A DNA stretch of 64,000 bases from Octopus bimaculoides. Taxonomy: Eukaryota. The translations under genes were made by a program, and so were the position numbers. Where the stretch lies: assembly GCF_001194135.2 (NCBI RefSeq), contig NC_068989.1:2277830-2341829 (forward strand), given 5' to 3'. Positions 63,185 through 64,000 of the stretch are shown here, piece after piece (the first letter of the stretch is position 1; each line of letters begins with the position of its first letter). The notes below the pieces were generated by a model. That model ran no database searches. It was not told the origin of the DNA and saw only the letters and a list, made by a program, of their open reading frames with translations.

Positions 63185-63849
63185 CCTCTCTCTCTATCTT
63201 TCTCTCTCTCTGTACGCATTACTCTAATAAACTGTTTCGTATTGTATCTTGACCTTTTTTCCGGAAAATTAATGGAAAATTTTATCCGAGGGTCTGAAAG
63301 TGTGAACATGTTTTGTGTCCGTAATTTAGTTATTCAGGTTATTCAGGTTAGACACCGATAACGGAAAGCAGCAAAAGTGCTCACAGAAATAATTTATTTG
63401 TTATTGCTCCAGGCACAGTACGTGGGTGGTGCTAGAAGTATCACAGGAAAGAGAAACCAACTGTTACTTATATCGGGTTTGGCAAAATAGGAGTTTTAAG
63501 CCTCAACACAAATATAAGACACAAAAGTTTGGAATATAAAGACACGCACACGATAATTATCAGGGAATGTCAAGGAACCAGGACTAATACTACCATCAAC
63601 GACCAACATTCTCTTTTCCTCTCTCTCTCTCTCTCTTTCTCAGCTGCGTTCCACAGCTTCAAAGTACATACTGTATGCGCATCCATTCACTAAGTCGTGT
63701 TTGTCATCGTCAGTCCATACACTTCAAGATTTCACGTCCCACCGACTTCTGCACAGGTACAGAAACTTGGGCACAAGATATTGTGCTAATGATTCTGTCA
63801 GCTCCTTGCCTTCAGGATATTAATAATAATAATGATGATGATGATGATG

Positions 63850-63909
<60 letters not shown>

Positions 63910-64000
63910 TTTGAAGGAAGCGGTCTTTTAACGAAGATAATTTTTTTTAAGAATATTTTTATTCTTAAAAAATGAAATTTCACTGCAATACAAAGCACAG

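Noticed and set aside
63644-63756. Candidate exon between a CT-rich acceptor and CAG|GTACAG
   Set aside because: The acceptor is a CT microsatellite, two frames are equally open, and it abuts a SINE A head fragment (about 63782-63815).

Overview
This is AT-rich eukaryotic genomic DNA from a gapped draft assembly. It has about 15 N-runs, most flanked by (TA)n or other microsatellites. The repeat landscape looks like an octopus (coleoid cephalopod) genome; this is inference from recalled repeat families, not a database result. Nearly all ORFs in the supplied track are microsatellite or N-gap artefacts. The window is dominated by simple repeats, at least three tRNA-derived SINE families, and fossils of Tc1, maT/DD37D mariner, Helitron, Penelope-like elements (PLEs) and an R4/Dong-like LINE. 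No rRNA, intact tRNA gene, CRISPR array or intact transposase is visible. Three observations stand out. (1) There are four type I hammerhead-ribozyme motifs of three designs: a solitary extended one at 7165-7233, a long-stem one in a PLE-type tail at 23823-23896, and two minimal ones at 25355-25390 and 51738-51774 that both replace the normally invariant A6 with a pyrimidine. (2) Three phase-compatible + strand exons (31408-31462, 40213-40319, 41441-41561) join into an open C-terminal reading frame of about 93 aa of an unidentified protein, with a weak by-eye resemblance to a SEFIR domain. (3) A complete non-autonomous Helitron of only about 91 bp lies at 5358-5448. All family assignments come from motif recognition by eye and need confirmation by search.
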